This document shows positions 11,089-22,732 of a stretch of 64,000 nt of DNA, piece after piece. Source of the DNA: Eremomyces bilateralis CBS 781.70 (taxonomy: Eukaryota); NCBI GenBank assembly GCA_010015585.1, contig ML975152.1; one strand, written 5' to 3'. The notes beneath the pieces were generated by a model, which saw only the letters and a list, made by a program, of their open reading frames with translations, was not told where the DNA came from and did not search any database. The translations under genes were made by a program, and so were the position numbers. Within the stretch, counting starts at the first letter, position 1. Every line of letters begins with the position of its first letter.

Positions 11089-11860
11089 TCACCCCATCCC
11101 CATCTCCACATCCCCCATAATCTCCTCCGCGCCCTGCACCGTCGTCCCCGCTTCTTCCAGGTCGGCCACGAACCGCTCCAGCCCCGCGACCATGTCCGCC
11201 ATCTCCTCCCGCTGCCGGCCGACATGCGCCGCCATGTCCTTGTTCTGCGCCTGCACCGCCGCGAGCTCGTTCGTCAGGCTCTCGTGTTGCGATTTGAGGA
11301 AGGGGGAGAGGTTGGTGAGGAGGAGCTGGGAGGCGGGAAGGGTGTGCGGACTGCATGTTGAGCGGGTTAGCTAGATTGGATATGGAGGAGGGTGATCGCA
11401 TACGGAATCGGAGCTTCGACTTGGCCGTCCGGCGCGGTGGCTTCGGCCCGCGCCTTTCTCCTCTTCGCGTCCTCAAGCAGCGCGTCCAGCGCATTCAAAC
11501 TCGAAACCACCGACCGCTCCTGAAGAATCTGCTCGAATTGCGCCTATATCATCCCAACCCCGTTAACATTTCCCGATCCGCCATCATCCGTATTCAACTT
11601 ATCCATACCTTACACACAGCCTCCAACTTCCCCGAGAAATCGCGACTGAATGTGTCCAGCATCTCCGGTCGATTCTGCGCGATGGTCGGGAAGCATGCGG
11701 CGAAATTGGTGGGCGTGAGCTTGGAGAGGGTTGCGGCGAGGGCACGGTCGAAGGCGGATTGGAGGGCAGCGGCGCGGGGGCCTGGGGTGGAGGGGAGCGG
11801 GGGAGCGGCGGGGGGTGAAGGGGAGCGGGATTGAGGCGGGGGAGCGGAGGGTTGGTCCAT
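11089..11860 (-). CDS. NNF1: Kinetochore MIND/Mis12 complex subunit Nnf1
   Basis: Three exons splice to PGPRAAALQSAF..NFAACFPTIA..KLEAVCK|AQFEQILQERSVVSSLNALDALLEDAKRRK..P|PHTLP followed by a coiled coil. Confidence 0.85.
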
Positions 11861-12132
11861 ATTGAGGATTGGCTGGTTTGTTGATAGCGAGAAGCGGGAA
11901 TTGAACAGTTGTGGTGGGAAGAAGGAATTGGAGAATTGATAATAAGTGTAGATTAGTGTAAACAGTCATAAAAGCGGGGGGGCACGTGCGGATCATCATT
12001 TATTCATGATTCATCGCTTCAACGTCACTTTTGTTTAAACTAAGTACCCTTTATTTGTCTATTACATCCAATCAACTTTTGATAGAATCGGTTGTATTGA
12101 GAGAGAGGCCAGTCCTCAAAAAGAGCTTGGAA
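11861..12132. promoter_or_regulatory. Short bidirectional promoter between NNF1 and IBA57
   Basis: 272-bp AT-richer gap between divergent ATGs. Contains GTAAACA (11958), CACGTG (11983) and ACGTCA (12022). Confidence 0.6.
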
Positions 12133-13431
12133 ATGTTGTCACGCTCGAAACCGCTCCCCTACATCTGCGCCCGCTGTTCCCGCCAGATCCGCCATGTCCG
12201 CACCTATACCTCCTCGACCGCCTCCCTCGAACCGCCTCGCGAGTATCTCCCCTTCGGCCGCTCTCCTCTCCCCCATCGACGTCTCCTCTACATCGCCGGC
12301 CGCGACGCCCCCGTCTTCCTCCACAACCTCGTCACCAGCAACGTCATCGCCTCCTCACCGCACGGCACCTACACCGCATTCCTCAATGCTCCCGGCCGCA
12401 TCCTCTACGACGCCTTCATCTATCCCGTCGCTTGGTCACACACCTTCCACGCCTGGCGCGACGAGAAGCTCGGAACTACGAGCGGGGTCACGAAGGGTGG
12501 CGACCGGCTCGACTGGGCCGCCTTCATCGAGGTGGACGCCCAGGTCCTGCCAGGGCTGATGCAGCACATCAAGCGCTACAAGCTCCGCAGCAAGTTCGCC
12601 TACCGCGAAGTTGACCCCGGTGACTGGGAGATCTGGTCCAGCTGGGACGCCGCGGAGCCTGGCGTCGACATTCCCGCCACGTCGCCCGGCATCGAAGCAT
12701 CCGCCGTCGCCAACGAAGGCGGCGGCGCGGCACACACGCATATCCCATCCACCCCACCCCCGAATCTAGCCCCTGACGCCCCGATCACCCTCCACGACCC
12801 CCGCCCCACACTCACCACCCGCCTCCTCCACCGCACCACCACCGCGCTTCCCCCCCCGCTCACCGCGCTTCCCGCCGCCACCCCTGCGCACTACGCGCTC
12901 CACCGGTACCTGCACGGCCTCCCCGAAGGCGCGGGGGAGATTGCGGCGGGCTCGGCGCTACCGCACGAGCATAACCTGGATCTCCTAGGCGCGGTGGATT
13001 TTCGGAAGGGGTGCTATGTGGGCCAGGAGCTGACGATCCGCACGCAGCATACAGGGGTGATAAGGAAGCGGATTTTGCCGTGTGCGTTGTACGAGGGATC
13101 GTCGGTGCCGGAGACGCTGAGATATGAGCCGTCAGTAAAGATCCCGGTGCCGCCGGGCGGGGCGGATATCAAGCCGGTGGAAGGGCGGGGGCGGAGCGGG
13201 GGGAAATGGGCGGTGGGAATGGGGAATGTGGGGTTGGGACTGTGTCGGTTGGAGTTGATGACGGATGTGCGGGTGACGGTAGAGGGGCCGGCGGGTTGGA
13301 AGGAGGGGAAGGAGTTTGGGATGATTTGGGAGGGGGATGGGGGGATGGAGCGGGTGAAGATTAAGGGGTTCGTGCCGGCGTGGATGAGGGAGAGATTGAC
13401 GGTGCGGAAGACGCAGAAGAGGGTAGAGTGA
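12133..13431 (+). CDS. IBA57: Mitochondrial Fe-S assembly factor Iba57/Caf17 (YgfZ family)
   Basis: Signature DFRKGCYVGQELTIRTQHTGVIRKR, FLNAPGRILYDAFIY and an Arg/Ser-rich presequence from ATG 12133. Confidence 0.95.
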   Translation: MLSRSKPLPYICARCSRQIRHVRTYTSSTASLEPPREYLPFGRSPLPHRRLLYIAGRDAPVFLHNLVTSNVIASSPHGTYTAFLNAPGRILYDAFIYPVAWSHTFHAWRDEKLGTTSGVTKGGDRLDWAAFIEVDAQVLPGLMQHIKRYKLRSKFAYREVDPGDWEIWSSWDAAEPGVDIPATSPGIEASAVANEGGGAAHTHIPSTPPPNLAPDAPITLHDPRPTLTTRLLHRTTTALPPPLTALPAATPAHYALHRYLHGLPEGAGEIAAGSALPHEHNLDLLGAVDFRKGCYVGQELTIRTQHTGVIRKRILPCALYEGSSVPETLRYEPSVKIPVPPGGADIKPVEGRGRSGGKWAVGMGNVGLGLCRLELMTDVRVTVEGPAGWKEGKEFGMIWEGDGGMERVKIKGFVPAWMRERLTVRKTQKRVE

Positions 13432-13801
13432 GGAGGGGTTGAATAAATGGGAAAAGCCAGCGATGGACGGTTGCGAGCCACTAGAAGCGGATCAAGCCAT
13501 CACATTTAATGATACATTCTTCCACACTCAATACCTATTCCACAAATCTGTCCATGGCTTATTTACAAGCCTCCACATGTCGCCGAGTGAAACACATGCT
13601 AGTCCCTCGCTAGAACCCCGCTGCATCGTTCGCAAAGCACCACTGGGTATGATAAAGCAGTCGTGACCCATATCGCCGTCCCTATCCACCATCTCTCATA
13701 CCCCTCCAGGAGCGCTCAAATTGCATATCGGAACCCCCACCTATGCCATGATATGACAGCCTTAGAATGCGCCGTAAGCTCCGTTCATCATCGCTTCACT
13801 C

Positions 13802-16800
13802 TCACCCCGGAAACCCCTGCCCATCCCCTTCCCCCCCGCGCAACAACACATCCAGCATGTCATACCCGCCAATATCCGGCCCATACGTTGTCTGCGTGAC
13901 ATCCGCCCCATAACTACTCAAGATCGGATCCAGCGGCAGCGCCAGCCAATCCTGGCCCCCGAGCCCGAAGTCGCCCATGACGTTATTTTCATCGTTCGCG
14001 GTCCCCCCCGTCCCGCTCGCGCTGTCGCCGCTGCCCGCGCTGTTCATCCCCGCGCCGCCGAACCCGTTCCCCGTGCCGATGTCCGGCATGCCGGAGCCGA
14101 GGTCGAGGCCGAACGCGCCGCCGAAGCTGGGCGGCGGCATGATGTTGATGCCGCTATGCTCGAAATCCGTAGATTCGGTCGTGATGCCCCATAGGGTCTG
14201 GCTGTTTTGATTTCGACCACTGAGACTGAGTGCTGGCGAGCTGGGTGATAACCCCATGCCACTCCACTGTGGCGTCGTGCCGGCCGTGATCCTGCCGCCG
14301 AGGCCGGTGGAGCCGTGGGAGAGGTTTGGCGGGGGCATATTCGAAGGGTGCGGGCTCGCGGTCCCCGCATTGGGGCCGACGCCGGGTGGAAAGCCCGATG
14401 GAACGCCGTTGCCGGAATGGGTGGAGGAGCCGCCGGCGGCGCCGGAACCCGACATGCGGACGATGCGACCGCGGATGCGGTGGGTGAGGAGGTCGGCGAG
14501 GTCGGCAAAGCGGTTGGAGACGTGGACGTCGTCGACGATACAGGTTCGTAGCGCTTGGACGGCCTGGTCGAGGAGAGATAGGGAAAGGGCAACGTCATCC
14601 TCGGTTGCACCGAGTGCGAAGGTCTGGAGCGTGGGAATTAATACAGGGTGTGGGATTGAGATGGGGGAGTTACCTTGAGAAGAATGATGGCGACGGAAAT
14701 GATTCGGAAATAGGTACGGACTGGAGCGTGCTTTAGATATTCGCCAGGGTACAGTCCACTGACTACGATCTTCAGGACATTGCGGCACGCTTCGATGACC
14801 TCCCGAATATACTGTCGATCATTCCCGTACCACCTCATCAACGTCGTCAGGGGAATCGCGTTGCCTTCTGCATTGGTTGAGCCATTAATTGGCTTCTTAT
14901 CTCCGTTTCCCTGTGGCGTCTGCGCTGGCTGGGCATATTGCTGGATCGGCGTGTTATGGGTACACCTCTCCACCACCGCCTGCAGTCCAAGGCTATTGAG
15001 GTAGACACGAGTATACTCGTACTCGATGTTCATGATATGCCGCATATGCTCCGGAATCCGCTTGCACTGGTCGAATTCCTTCTTCCAATCGAGCAAGAGG
15101 GGATGAAAGGATTTCAGTAGCTCCTCATACTCGCCCGACTTGATGAGATCGCGAGTCATGCGGCGATTCGCGAACATCTTATGATTCCCCAGCTCCATGA
15201 TGCCAGCAAGGGATATCCAGAAATGGAGAATTAATTCATTCACCCCGATACTAGGGTTAGATGGATCAGGTAACCCCGGTCGTGTGGGTGCTGGAGAAGT
15301 TCCCAATGTACCTAATAGATCGTGGACACGGCGCAAGGACGCCTTGCGCTCTTGGAGGCGTTGCTCGGAGGGTTGCTGAAGGGATGAGTCGGCATACAAT
15401 TGCGGAAGCATGGAAGTGAGACCAAAACGACCCGATGTTTGGCTGATGTAGATTTGAAGGAGCTCCTTGATGTGTCGTTTACGATTAAAGAATACTTGGA
15501 TGGTTTCCGGAGGGACGGTCGGATTATCCTGAATTGTATAGAGGTCGCTCGACGGGTTTGGGTCAAAAACGCCAAGCTCGTATGCGAGAGACATAGCAAT
15601 CCCGATCAGCATCCAGCAAAGGCGATCGGATCGCCAGCATGGTTCGAGCCAGCTGTCCATTTTCTGTCCTCCGGTACCATTGAGGAAGACCGGCGGAGGG
15701 GCTTCATCCACCACCACTTCCGGTTCTGCGGCACATTCGGGGATCATCAACTCGTCGCCTTCCGTACCAGGGGGGAAGTGTAGAGACCGTGGATGCCATT
15801 CGGTGAGAAGCAGCAATGCTTCGACGGTTCCAAGGGTACGGAGGCCGGTTCTGACCAGTGGGTTGATGTCTGATGCCGGTTGGCTCCCGGTGATCGGAAC
15901 ACTGGAGGAGCCAATAATTCCGCTACCGAAATGCTCTTGACCCCAGATCAGACGATCAATCATGCCTTGCAGGTAACCCCACAACTTCTCATGAATAGCA
16001 TAGGGACGGCTGCTCGCCCCTGGACCCATAAGACGCATGTAGCGGGATGATATGGTCAGCAGTGTGACCGTGAGCATCGGCTCCATCTCCAGCATACGAC
16101 TATGGGTTGCCGGGTTGTTATAATCCGGGACCGTCACGGGGCTCAGCGGAGCGAGGGACGAATAGAAGTATTGGATGTAGAGAATGCCTTCCTTCGCAGT
16201 GAACCAGCCAGCTCGCACGAAACGGAAACGTGACCATGCCCTAAGCGCAGACTGCATGGCAGCCTCCTCAGTAGGAAGGGCACCCACTAAGCCGGGGATC
16301 GGGCGAGGGGCGGTGGGAAAGGGAGGAAAGGTGGGATTGCGCAATGGGACTTGCGGTACAGGATCGTGAGGGCTTGCAACAGCCTCTTGGGTTCTCGGGG
16401 TGTTATTGACAGCCGCGCCAGGCCGTTGGAGGCTCGCGTTGCTCGCAGTGCGCCGATGGTCCGGCCGCTGCTCCCCGTTCTGCGCCGCCTGATAAAGCAG
16501 GTTGAGGGCATCGTGTCCGCTGTATACCTCCGTAGTCTGAAGTATGGCCGTGGCTTCGTCGTTGCCTTGAACGTCTTCATCGTCCCGGCCCACGAGTGAG
16601 TCATTGTTACCTGACGTACCCGGCCGTCGAAGCGGCTGAAGGCGAGCGGTTGACCCGCCTGGAGTCAGCGGCTGCTGAGCAAGAGAACCGAAGCTGTTGG
16701 GTTGATATGGACTCGGGGTGAATTCGTCCGTCACTGCTCGCACTCGTTTCCTAGCATTTCGGATCTCGTAGTCGGAGAGGTCGCCTTCATCCATTGCCTC

Positions 16801-17237
16801 GTCATCCTCTTGAGTCTTGCGCTTCCGCCGTGTTGCGCTGAAGAAGCATTCTTTGGACTCGCGACGACAGCGGACGCATGGTGGATCATGAGGGTTATCG
16901 ACGGGTCCGAGGTCGCAGCGGACTTTACGACGGCGGCAGGGAATACTATTAAGCGCAAAGTAAGCATGAGTCCGAAGGATAGGAGTTCGAGTTCAGGATC
17001 ATGTTTCTGACAGAAAGGAGGGAAACAAGAGAGTGATGAAGCAGGCAATTTGACGATGCGATTCGGTTATCCTCGGCGTAAAGCATGCGCTTTGACCGTA
17101 GATTCTTCTCACTGTCGCGTCGTGCTATGACGTCGAAGGGGGATTATGGACAATTACCATGCTTGATAGGTGCGCGTATGCTGCTGGCCTAGTGGTCGTG
17201 TGCCGGAGGTGGTGTCGGCCGCTTGACTCTGATCCAT
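13802..17237 (-). CDS. ARO80: Zn2Cys6 transcription factor Aro80
   Basis: Exon 1 (17237-17158) and intron 17157-16946 give RTYQAC|IPCRRRKVRCDLGPVDNPHDPPCVRCRRESKEC. A fungal TF middle domain follows (LLTEWHPRSLHFPP, SWLEPCWRSDRLCW). Last intron is 14624-14673. Confidence 0.92.
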
Positions 17238-17868
17238 TGGTGGATCTGGTGAGATCGGATATCAGAGTGAGACCGAAGTGTATGTTGCAATAGAGATGGA
17301 GTCTTAGAGGGTTAAGACCGGTCTATTGATGGCAGCAATGTGCGATGGAGAGTGGCGGATGGTGCCGCAGAGCTGAGGGGATGGAATGTCGGTCTGGTTG
17401 GAGTGTGTATGTGCTGGGGAAGGAGTCTAGTAGCATTGGTCATAGACATGGTCTTGTGGCAATTATCTTCTGGCGATTGTAGATTGTCGGGGGAGGAAAG
17501 GAAGGCAAGGAAGCTGTTCAATACTAGGGAATATTAAATGTATATACCGGGCGTCATAATTGCCTGGCAATCCAACTCACATGTGGAGGAAATTGAGGCT
17601 TATCATGGGGGGAATCACGGGTTCACGATGATGAATGGAAAAGTGAGGAAGCCACGCGACGCAGCCTGCTATCGTGGGGAAGTCACGATGGGCCAGGGGA
17701 TTGGATGGCGCCTGCCCCATTATCCATAAAGATTTCAAGCTGGACTGCTGGAGCTGCAGTCACGGGGCTATACTACACAGTCCACACCTGTATCAAACTA
17801 TCAGCGTCATCAGCTGTGCAATTGGAAAGCGCGCCTGAGTTACACCTTCGATTTTCTCCAAGTAATTT

Positions 17869-17966
17869 CTAGTTATACTAACTTAGTTAACACAATCATT
17901 AACTTAAGTTAGTTAACTAACTAAGTTAGTTACACAGTAGTTAATATGAATGATAATTAATCATAT
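17869..17966. repeat. AT-rich TAAC/GTTA palindromic low-complexity patch
   Basis: Perfect palindromes AGTTAGTTAACTAACT (17907-17922) and TAACTTAAGTTA (17900-17911) in a TpA-dense stretch. Confidence 0.7.
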
Positions 17967-18781
17967 ACGCCAGGTACAGATGCCTTAAGATATCAAACAG
18001 AAAGTTCAAGGTAATTTAACCAGCGAATTGGGACTCCAACGTCCATCAGATGGACTTAATAGATGTCATTGAACAGGGAATAAGGTGTTAATAGCGAATT
18101 ATATCCATTGTTTCACATCATTTCTCGACTCCAAGATATCCTTTATGATTGACTCCGTCATACCGCGAGTAGGCGACTCCCCTGTATCCGCCATGCCTTG
18201 TGGACTGTGGTGACTGGCGAGTCTGATTGCTGAGGAGTGAAGAAAGGCTAGACCCTGAGGAGTGAGGAGTGAGGAGGGAGTAGATCAGTTGAGCCGCACG
18301 GTGGGGATACTTCAGTTTAGTTCAGTCAGGTGCTGTAGGGCTGGCGCTTAATGGCCGATGCTCTTTAAATATAGCAGAGCTATTTGCCGGTAGCTATGCA
18401 ATGTCCCAATAGGCCAATACTATACACAATAAGGAATGAATGGTTTACTAGCAATGGAGAACATGTTGGCAACCGATCAAACTCCACCTTGACATTGCTC
18501 AAATCAACTGATTGCAGCCTTGCAGCCTTGACACTTTTCCAGTTCGATGCACCCTGCCCTTCTGCCTTGTCGTCATATCCTGATGGTCTTCAATTGTTAT
18601 TCAACTTTCAGGAGACAAGAACTGAAGTTCCATATTTTGCTTGTTAGTCTATCCACTCGAGCTTCGACCACCACTATGTCTCCATAGCGCTTCTTTAAAC
18701 CCAAAACCCTTCCGAAGCGACCGAACTTCTCCTCTCCATATTCCAGATTCCAAACCAAACTCCACCCACCACCCCATCACC

Positions 18782-20110
18782 ATGGCGCCCACCGACGACC
18801 TTCTCCACCTCGCCTCCTCCACCCCCCACGACTTCTACACCCTCCTCTCCGTCGATCCCACCACCCCTCCTGACCAACTCCGCCGCGCCTATCGCCGCAC
18901 CGCCCTCCTCTACCACCCCGACAAAAACCCCGACAACCCCGCTGCCCTCGCCACCTTCCACCTCCTCGAGCTCGCCTACTCCATCCTCTCCGACGCCCCC
19001 GCCAAGGCTGCCTACGATGCCGCGCGACAGGCCCGTGAGGGGCAGCGGCTGCGCGAAGAGGCGATGGATCGGGGGAGACGGGATATGTTGAGCGAGCTGG
19101 TGCGCGCGGAGCGTGAGGCGTTGGGGGTGAAGCGGAAGGTGGATGAGGCGGAGGCGGCGGAGGAGAGGGAGTTGAGGCGTTTTAAGGAGGATGCGAAGAG
19201 GAGGAGGGGGGAGATGGTTGAGGCGAGGGAGAGAGAGAGGGAGAGAGAGAGGGAGGAGGGGAGGAGGGAAGGGGAGGTGGGGGCGAGGGTGGAGGAGTGG
19301 CGGAGGGGGAACTTGGGGGGTTTGAATGTGCCGGTTGGGGAGCGGACGGTCAAGGTGCGGTGGGTGAGGGCTGGGAGCGGACTTCAAATGGACACGGAGC
19401 AGCTAGTTCAAAGGTTTGCGCGGTTTGAGAAGACGGCAAAGATGGAGCATGCGTTCGTCGCCGGCGACAAGAAGCAGCGGATCGGCGAGGAGAAACAGAA
19501 GAAATTGATGGGCCAAGGGTTCATTGTGTTTCAGTCCGTTCTCGACGCCGACCTGGCCGTCAATGAAGGCCAGGACGATCTGTTTATCTCCGTGACATGG
19601 CTCTCTGGGCCGCCAGACGCCGACGCCCCCGAACCGAGTCCTCCCTCCGCAACATCTACAACGACACCGTCGACAACCACGCCACCCTCATATCTCAGCA
19701 ACGAGGAAAAGCTACGCCTCCGAATGCGGCGCTCACAACGCGCTCGAGGAGCAGCCATGCCAACCGAGCCGACCGAGCCGAAGAAGACTTTTATATTCAA
19801 CAAGCCCTCATCCGATACCCTCCCCTCCAAAGAAGCTCACCCCACACCCCACGGCCGCGCAACGAACGGCGACAGCAACCCCCCAAGCACCGCGAAACCC
19901 GTCCCGAAGTTCTCGTTCGGAGGGAAGAAGCCGGCCGAGGCGCGGAAAAATGGCAGCGCGCCCGTCCCGAAGTTTTCGTTCGGGGTGACGGAAACAGATG
20001 AGGAACGGACACGACGGTTACGGAGGGAGGAACGGCGACGGGAGGAGGAACGGATACGTCGAGAAGATGAGGTGGAGGACACCCGGACGGAGGAAGGGGT
20101 GGGGAGTTGA
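18782..20110 (+). CDS. CWC23: J-domain pre-mRNA splicing factor Cwc23/Cwf23
   Basis: N-terminal J domain (DFYTLLSV...LYHPDKNP), charged coiled coil and RRM-like ERTVKVRW region. Confidence 0.85.
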   Translation: MAPTDDLLHLASSTPHDFYTLLSVDPTTPPDQLRRAYRRTALLYHPDKNPDNPAALATFHLLELAYSILSDAPAKAAYDAARQAREGQRLREEAMDRGRRDMLSELVRAEREALGVKRKVDEAEAAEERELRRFKEDAKRRRGEMVEAREREREREREEGRREGEVGARVEEWRRGNLGGLNVPVGERTVKVRWVRAGSGLQMDTEQLVQRFARFEKTAKMEHAFVAGDKKQRIGEEKQKKLMGQGFIVFQSVLDADLAVNEGQDDLFISVTWLSGPPDADAPEPSPPSATSTTTPSTTTPPSYLSNEEKLRLRMRRSQRARGAAMPTEPTEPKKTFIFNKPSSDTLPSKEAHPTPHGRATNGDSNPPSTAKPVPKFSFGGKKPAEARKNGSAPVPKFSFGVTETDEERTRRLRREERRREEERIRREDEVEDTRTEEGVGS

Positions 20111-20274
20111 CGAGGTACGAAATAAGAAATAACGAATACGACGATCATGTGTCAAATTTCATTTTGATGTGATGGTGTATCTGGCGTTGCTACATGTGAG
20201 GCTCTAGGTATCGCTCATGAATTGTACACCCAAGCCATCAATCCGGCATCCTATGCGCCGGCCAGCTATGCAGA

Positions 20275-20298
20275 CCCCCCCCCCCCCCCCCCCCCCCC
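20275..20298. repeat. C24 homopolymer
   Basis: 24 consecutive C residues between two convergent genes. Confidence 0.95.
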
Positions 20299-20466
20299 AA
20301 ATCCTACCGAAAACATCGGAAACATGATGGGATGCCGAAGCATCGTGTACGCCATCCCAGTACTTTCGCCCGATCGAACACCGCAGCACGAGTATGCGTG
20401 CCCGAAGAAGAGAAGAAACCAAAGGAGCGTGGAAGACCACCCTTTTTTTCCTTTAGGTCGCCTTTC

Positions 20467-22343
20467 TCACAACGCGGATACCTTCACGTCCAGCATCTCA
20501 CTCGGTACCAAGCTCCCCCGCGGAATCACCACCTCCGTCCCCGGGTGCTGCCGAAACACCGTTGCCTCACTAACCGTCGTGTCCGGCCGCCTCGCCCCAG
20601 TCCGCCGATACCGATCCGGCACATCCGGCACCTGCGGCTCCCCCGTCCGCTTTCTTGGCGATTTCGGCACCGGCGGCGGAAACGGCAGCGCATGCGCGTC
20701 CGTGAACGGGTTGGGGTTATCGGGAGTGGCGCTCGTGGGCGTCGTCGGCGTCGTCGGCATGCCCGCGCGGATCTGGCTGGCCACCCGGGTAGTCTGGTTC
20801 CCGACCCAGCTGTCGACGGTGCGATACCGCGGGGCCGAGCTGAGGGACGACGTCTCACTGAATTTGGATTCCCGGGACTTCCGGTCGCGGGCGCGCTCGG
20901 AGGCGGTGGATTTGCGGAGCTCGGCGTGCGTGCGGTGGTCGGCGGTCGGGCTGGGTATCAGGTGCAGGCGGGGCGTGGTGGGGGCTTGGGAGTTGGTCCA
21001 GCTGAAGCGGCTGGCTTTGAAGGGGGGTGGGGGGGGGATGGTGGAGGTGGAGAGGGTGGAGGAGTAGCGGGTTTCGTGGCCGGCGTCGGTGGTGCTGGAG
21101 TCAGGAAGGGCTGAGGGAAGGACGGGCGAGCTGGATCGGTTGGGGGGGGGAGCTTTGGTAGAGTTCTCGTCGGTATGGATCGCTGCCAAAACGGCGGAAG
21201 GGTCGAGGGCGTGCCCGATCGTGGAGCGGTCGTCGAAGAAAGTACTGGAGTCCGGGGTCGGGAGAAGCGGACGCGCGGTTGTGCGCCCTGGTATTTTGGC
21301 AGCCGGGTATGGTCGAGGTAGCTCCCCGAGCCTGTCAAAGCTTCCCTCCGGCGTTTGCCTTCCTTGACTCCTCTCCCACGCGCCCCTGCGATCCCACGCA
21401 TATGCGGGCACGCTCCAGTTGCGTGTGGTGCGCCGCAGACTATGCCAGGAACTTCTTGCCCGGGGAATAAGTCTCCACGGTGCGAGCGCATCGGAGGGTG
21501 GGCGGCTGGGAGCCTGCTTCTCCGGGCACTCCTTTTGGAACACGGTCCTCAGGGTCGCCCCATGGCGGAAGCGCCAGATTATGAAACAAAGGAAAAAGAT
21601 GGCGAGGATCGCGCCTGGGGTCGTCAGCTCTCAAGTCAACAATCACCTGAGTCCTCAACTTACTAACTACGCCGGCAATGATCGCCGCCTGTTTGACGCT
21701 CGGACTCAACCCTCCCGGCATCTCCGATGGAGGTTGGTTGACGGCGCTGGACGGCATCGATACGGGGTCTATTACGCTGGTCTGCAGCGACGTCGTAGGT
21801 AATATAGGATTGGTTGGAGCGCTAGAAAGCGATGTCGAGTCGGATAAAGGGTCTAATTTGACAATACTTGAAGATATGGCTTGCGGAAACGCTGTTGGGC
21901 TGGAGGAAGGGGACGCTGGAGGGGTGGTATCAGGCTGAGGTGGAGCAGAAGTCTATATCGCAAATGAGCACATGCTATTCAGATCGGTGTCCCAATGACC
22001 GTGGTTTGCAAGCGCATTGGCAATATCTTGGAGGAATTAGAGGACTCACCGAACTTGGGGCAGCGACGGCCGGCTTTTCAGCAAACGCTGGTGCAGCAGT
22101 GACTGCTGGCTTATCATCCGAATCAACATCCGAATCACTCGGAAGGGACGGAGCCTCTGTAGCGTCCGGAGCTGGCGCCTCTGGGGCGGCCGACGATGTT
22201 CGATGATCGATCGCCGCCCTCACCTCGCTGACTCTCGCTTCATACCTGGACTCCCAGTATCCGTCCGCCTTGCTCCGATATTGGATGTATCCATCCAGCA
22301 AAACTCCCCGCGCCAGCGGGGCATGGAGGTTTGAAAGCGCCAT
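20467..22343 (-). CDS. Uncharacterised single-pass membrane protein with a Ser/Pro-rich N-region and disordered cytosolic tail
   Basis: Introns 21953-22049 and 21615-21663 join three frames. TM segment AAIIAGVVSAILAIFFLCFIIWRFRH; C-terminal TVFRQHPGTEV..PRGSLVPSE. The start codon is uncertain. Confidence 0.72.
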
Positions 22344-22701
22344 GAGACCCGAGTAAACTCTAGTGCTGTCCGAGCAGACTTGAGCGGCTCACAGTGTTGA
22401 TTAATGAAGCTCCTCGGACGTCGTTCCTCGAGCTTCTTCCCTCGACACGTACTCGACGGTCACCTAAGTAAACATGGACCCATGGAGGGGATGATCTGTA
22501 CCCGGCAATCCGAGCTCCTGAAACTTCGAGTGCAATGCGAAATAAGCTGAGTAGCAGTCCCGAACCAGCAGGGCCGCCGCGGAGGTTGGCGAAAGAAACG
22601 AGGGGCTTGGTATGAAACCCTTTGCTTGATGACAGCGGGGTCTCCTAGGATTTGTAGCGAATGGCTTTTCGCAAGAAGCGAGGGACAAGTTGGCAATGGA
22701 C

Positions 22702-22732
22702 AATAGAGAATAGAGAATAGAGAATAGAGAAT
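22702..22732. repeat. (AATAGAG)4 tandem repeat
   Basis: Four perfect 7-nt units plus AAT. Confidence 0.9.
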
